A program made the translations under genes and the position numbers. DNA of 62,112 nucleotides from Deltaproteobacteria bacterium (GTDB lineage Bacteria; Desulfobacterota; GWC2-55-46; DRQE01), in contig WGEY01000043.1 of NCBI GenBank assembly GCA_015492495.1, forward strand, positions 1 through 62,112, given 5' to 3'. The stretch's first letter is position 1. The number at the start of each line of letters is the position of its first letter. The notes under the pieces were generated by a model. That model was given only the letters and a program-made list of their open reading frames with translations. It made no database searches and was not told the origin of the DNA. Shown here piece by piece: positions 59,838 to 62,112 of this stretch.

Positions 59838-60512
59838 TTACAGGAAGACGGGGGGCTCAACGCTGAGCCCCCCCTTTGAGCGGGCCTCGACGAGAAACAG
59901 CTTGGCCGTGCCGGCCCTCGATGTGTGTACGAACCTCAACCTTACCGGCCTCAACCCGATCCTTTCAAGCTCCTTCACGAACTCGGCAAGCCTCCTTACT
60001 GGATAGACAAACGATATCCTTCCATCATCTCCGGCAAGGTGCCTCGATACCTCCAGTAGCTCTCTCAATGTTCCGTGCGTCTCGTACCTCGCAGCCGCCC
60101 GGCCGGTATCCGGGCTTACCCTGCCGGTGCCCCTCTTTGTATACGGTGGGTTGCTCAAGACGACCGAAAAAGAGCCGCGCGGATAGATCTCCTTGAGTTC
60201 ACGCCAGTCCCGTTTCACGACCTCGACCCTTTTTGAAAGGTCGTTGCTCATTACGTTTTTTAAGGCTGCATCGACGCATTCATCCTCTATATCCACGGCG
60301 GTAATCCGCCCCACCTCGCTATTCCAGCAGAGAAGAATCGGTATCACCCCTGAACCCGTGCCAAGGTCAACGACGGTATCTGTCCTTGAAAGCGGCAGTA
60401 CAAAGTCCGCAAGGAGAAGGGAGTCGGCGGTCAGCCTCTGGATGCCGCCGGGCTGAATGAGGGTGTACGGACCAAGCCTCTCTGTGGGTGCATAAGTGGT
60501 GGTTCGGGTCAA
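59838..60512 (-). CDS. SAM-dependent N6-adenine methyltransferase of the tRNA1(Val) m6A37 (YfiC/TrmN6)-like class.
   Basis: Motif I VVDLGTGSGVIPI and motif IV NPPY (VLSNPPYTK). The track start is a TTG, so the true start is uncertain. Confidence 0.75.
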   Translation of the reverse strand: MTRTTTYAPTERLGPYTLIQPGGIQRLTADSLLLADFVLPLSRTDTVVDLGTGSGVIPILLCWNSEVGRITAVDIEDECVDAALKNVMSNDLSKRVEVVKRDWRELKEIYPRGSFSVVLSNPPYTKRGTGRVSPDTGRAAARYETHGTLRELLEVSRHLAGDDGRISFVYPVRRLAEFVKELERIGLRPVRLRFVHTSRAGTAKLFLVEARSKGGLSVEPPVFL

Positions 60513-60521
60513 CGGACAAAC

Positions 60522-61871
60522 CTAATCCCAAAGCGGATTAATGGTGAGGCCCGAAAGGAGCTTTGGATAGAAGTACGTGGACTTCTGGGGCATCAGGAGC
60601 CTGGCCTCGGATATCTTTCTTACATCCTTGATCTTTGTAGGGTTCATAAGGAAGGTGAGCTGGTTTGCACCGGCCTTGCCCTGCTCAAGTGCTTCGTCCA
60701 TGTCTTTGATGTATATGAGGTTTTCCTGCCTCTCCTGCGCCTCCCTGCCTATGCCGAGCAGCCTGTCGAGTACGAGGGCGTGAAGCACCGTTACATCAAG
60801 GACCTTGTACTCGTCCGGTATCGTAGAGCCGAACACCTTGTCCATAATGTCACTGCTCTTGAGCGTAAGGAGGTAGTAGGCGTTGATCCCGTTTACATAC
60901 AGGCCGAAGCGTATCCTGCCGCCGTTGTCTACGAGCTTTTTCAAAAAAAGCTCTCTCTGGGTTGCCTCTTGCTTGTCATCGAGCGAGAACTCTTCCACAT
61001 CGAAGTATTCCCTGCACTTTGCAAGGAATCCCTTGGCATCGAAGTCCCTGAGGCTGTGCACGACCCTGTGGGTCGGGAATATATCCAGGCCCTCGTCGTC
61101 CATGCTGGCAAAGTACATCATCACGTAGTTGAACGGCTCCTCACCCGTGGGGTCTTTGGTGGCCTCGAGCATCAGGTTCCTGTAATTCAGGGCGGTCTCA
61201 TAACGGTGGTGCCCGTCGGCTATGAAAAGGCTCTTATCCTTCATGGCCTCGGTCACGCTGCCTATGACCTCGGCATCGTCTATCTTCCAGAGCCTGTTCA
61301 CTACACCGTCGTCACCAACAACCTCGATAATCGGCTCGCCTTTGGCAGCGGAGAGGAGTATGCTGCTTATCGTCTCCTGCCTCGAAACGCCCTCTGCTTC
61401 GGGATACAGCGCGAAGATGCAGCTCAAGTTGGCCCTGCAGGCCTTCATGAGTTCGAGCCTGTCGGCCTTCGGACCGGAGAGGGTCCTTTCGTGCGGCATG
61501 ACGGCGCCCTTGCCGAATTCCTCCAGCTTTGAAAGCGCGATGAAGCCCTTTCTGGTCCTGGTCATGCCGCTCTTTAGCTTGTACTCTTGTGTGTAAAAGT
61601 ATATTGATGGGGTTATGTCCCTTACAAACACCCCCTCTTTTTGCCATTTTTCGAGGTGCTCCGCCGCACGTGCATACCTGTCGTTGCCCGGCTCGTCGCC
61701 GGGAAGGGTTTTACCAAGTATGAGCCTGATTATGTTGTTGGGATGCCTCAGGTAGAGTTCCTGCTGAAACTCGGGTGAGATTACATCGTAAGGCGGGGCC
61801 ATGACCTTGGAGAGGTCCCCGACCTTGTCTGGATTGTATCTGAGCGCCCTGAAAGGTTTGATAACTGCCAT
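60522..61871 (-). CDS. DUF1015-domain protein.
   Basis: MAVIKPFRALRYNP...VMAPPYDVIS is the characteristic DUF1015 N-terminus. Start at the ATG at 61871 (AAGGAG upstream). Confidence 0.85.
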   Translation of the reverse strand: MAVIKPFRALRYNPDKVGDLSKVMAPPYDVISPEFQQELYLRHPNNIIRLILGKTLPGDEPGNDRYARAAEHLEKWQKEGVFVRDITPSIYFYTQEYKLKSGMTRTRKGFIALSKLEEFGKGAVMPHERTLSGPKADRLELMKACRANLSCIFALYPEAEGVSRQETISSILLSAAKGEPIIEVVGDDGVVNRLWKIDDAEVIGSVTEAMKDKSLFIADGHHRYETALNYRNLMLEATKDPTGEEPFNYVMMYFASMDDEGLDIFPTHRVVHSLRDFDAKGFLAKCREYFDVEEFSLDDKQEATQRELFLKKLVDNGGRIRFGLYVNGINAYYLLTLKSSDIMDKVFGSTIPDEYKVLDVTVLHALVLDRLLGIGREAQERQENLIYIKDMDEALEQGKAGANQLTFLMNPTKIKDVRKISEARLLMPQKSTYFYPKLLSGLTINPLWD

Positions 61872-61962
61872 CAGAATCTCCTTCCCGTAGTATTCCTGGT
61901 TGTTCAAGAGTGCAATACTTTACTATTTATACGGCTATTATGTCAACAGGAAATGGGGCGTC

Positions 61963-62109
61963 GGTAATGTATCTTATCTTGTGTCAGTAAAGAGGAAGGG
62001 GTACCATTTATAGCGGTCCAACTATACCAACTATAAGGAGGTACCCCTATGGCCCAGAGAGCCACGATAGAGAACTTCTCACAAGCTGCACAGATAGTCA
62101 AGGAGTTAG
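61963..62109. repeat. Right copy of the 147-bp inverted repeat.
   Basis: Exact reverse complement of 1..147. Confidence 0.9.
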
Positions 62110-62112
62110 GTC
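62049..62112 (+). CDS. Partial CDS (MAQRATIENFSQAAQIVKELG...) reading out of the window; identical to the minus-strand partial CDS at 1..61.
   Basis: AAGGAGG then ATG at 62049. The open frame runs to the window end. Confidence 0.45.
   Translation, partial: MAQRATIENFSQAAQIVKELG

Overview
This is a 62.1-kb GC-rich bacterial chromosomal segment. Gene content and order look like a deltaproteobacterial or Nitrospirota-type anaerobe, but taxonomy cannot be proven from this sequence. All calls come from reading the ORF track and the DNA by eye, with no database search.

Core blocks:
- pgpA-cinA-thpR-recA-(PilT-like ATPase)-recX-alaS
- mreB-mreC-mreD-mrdA-rodA
- ppiD
- proS
- A type IVa pilus locus, pilB-pilT-pilC-pilS-pilR-(multi-TM/TPR protein)-pilA, with a textbook sigma-54 promoter in front of pilA.

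Accessory blocks:
- A copper module at the left end: a His-rich small ORF, a small membrane protein, a YHS protein, CopA and a cupredoxin.
- A roughly 9-kb signalling island: PocR-like/PAS protein, PAS-GAF-HD-GYP protein, a haem-c-motif sensor kinase, a paralogous kinase and a receiver.
- A redox block: a second YHS ORF, a GrdB-like protein with an in-frame UGA (predicted selenoprotein, split in the ORF track) and a hexahaem cytochrome c.
- A near-perfect Fur box in front of two DUF2325-like genes.
- A compact merR-merT-merP-merA operon in which both merR and merA carry frameshifts.

At least two families of MITE-like intergenic repeats are scattered through the window. The two window ends are a perfect 147-bp inverted repeat carrying the start of the same outward-reading gene. 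I saw no rRNA, tRNA or CRISPR array. No single candidate stands out as a clearly new system. The best leads are the orphan selenoprotein, the Fur-controlled DUF2325 pair, the membrane/TPR gene inside the pilus locus and the decaying mer cassette.
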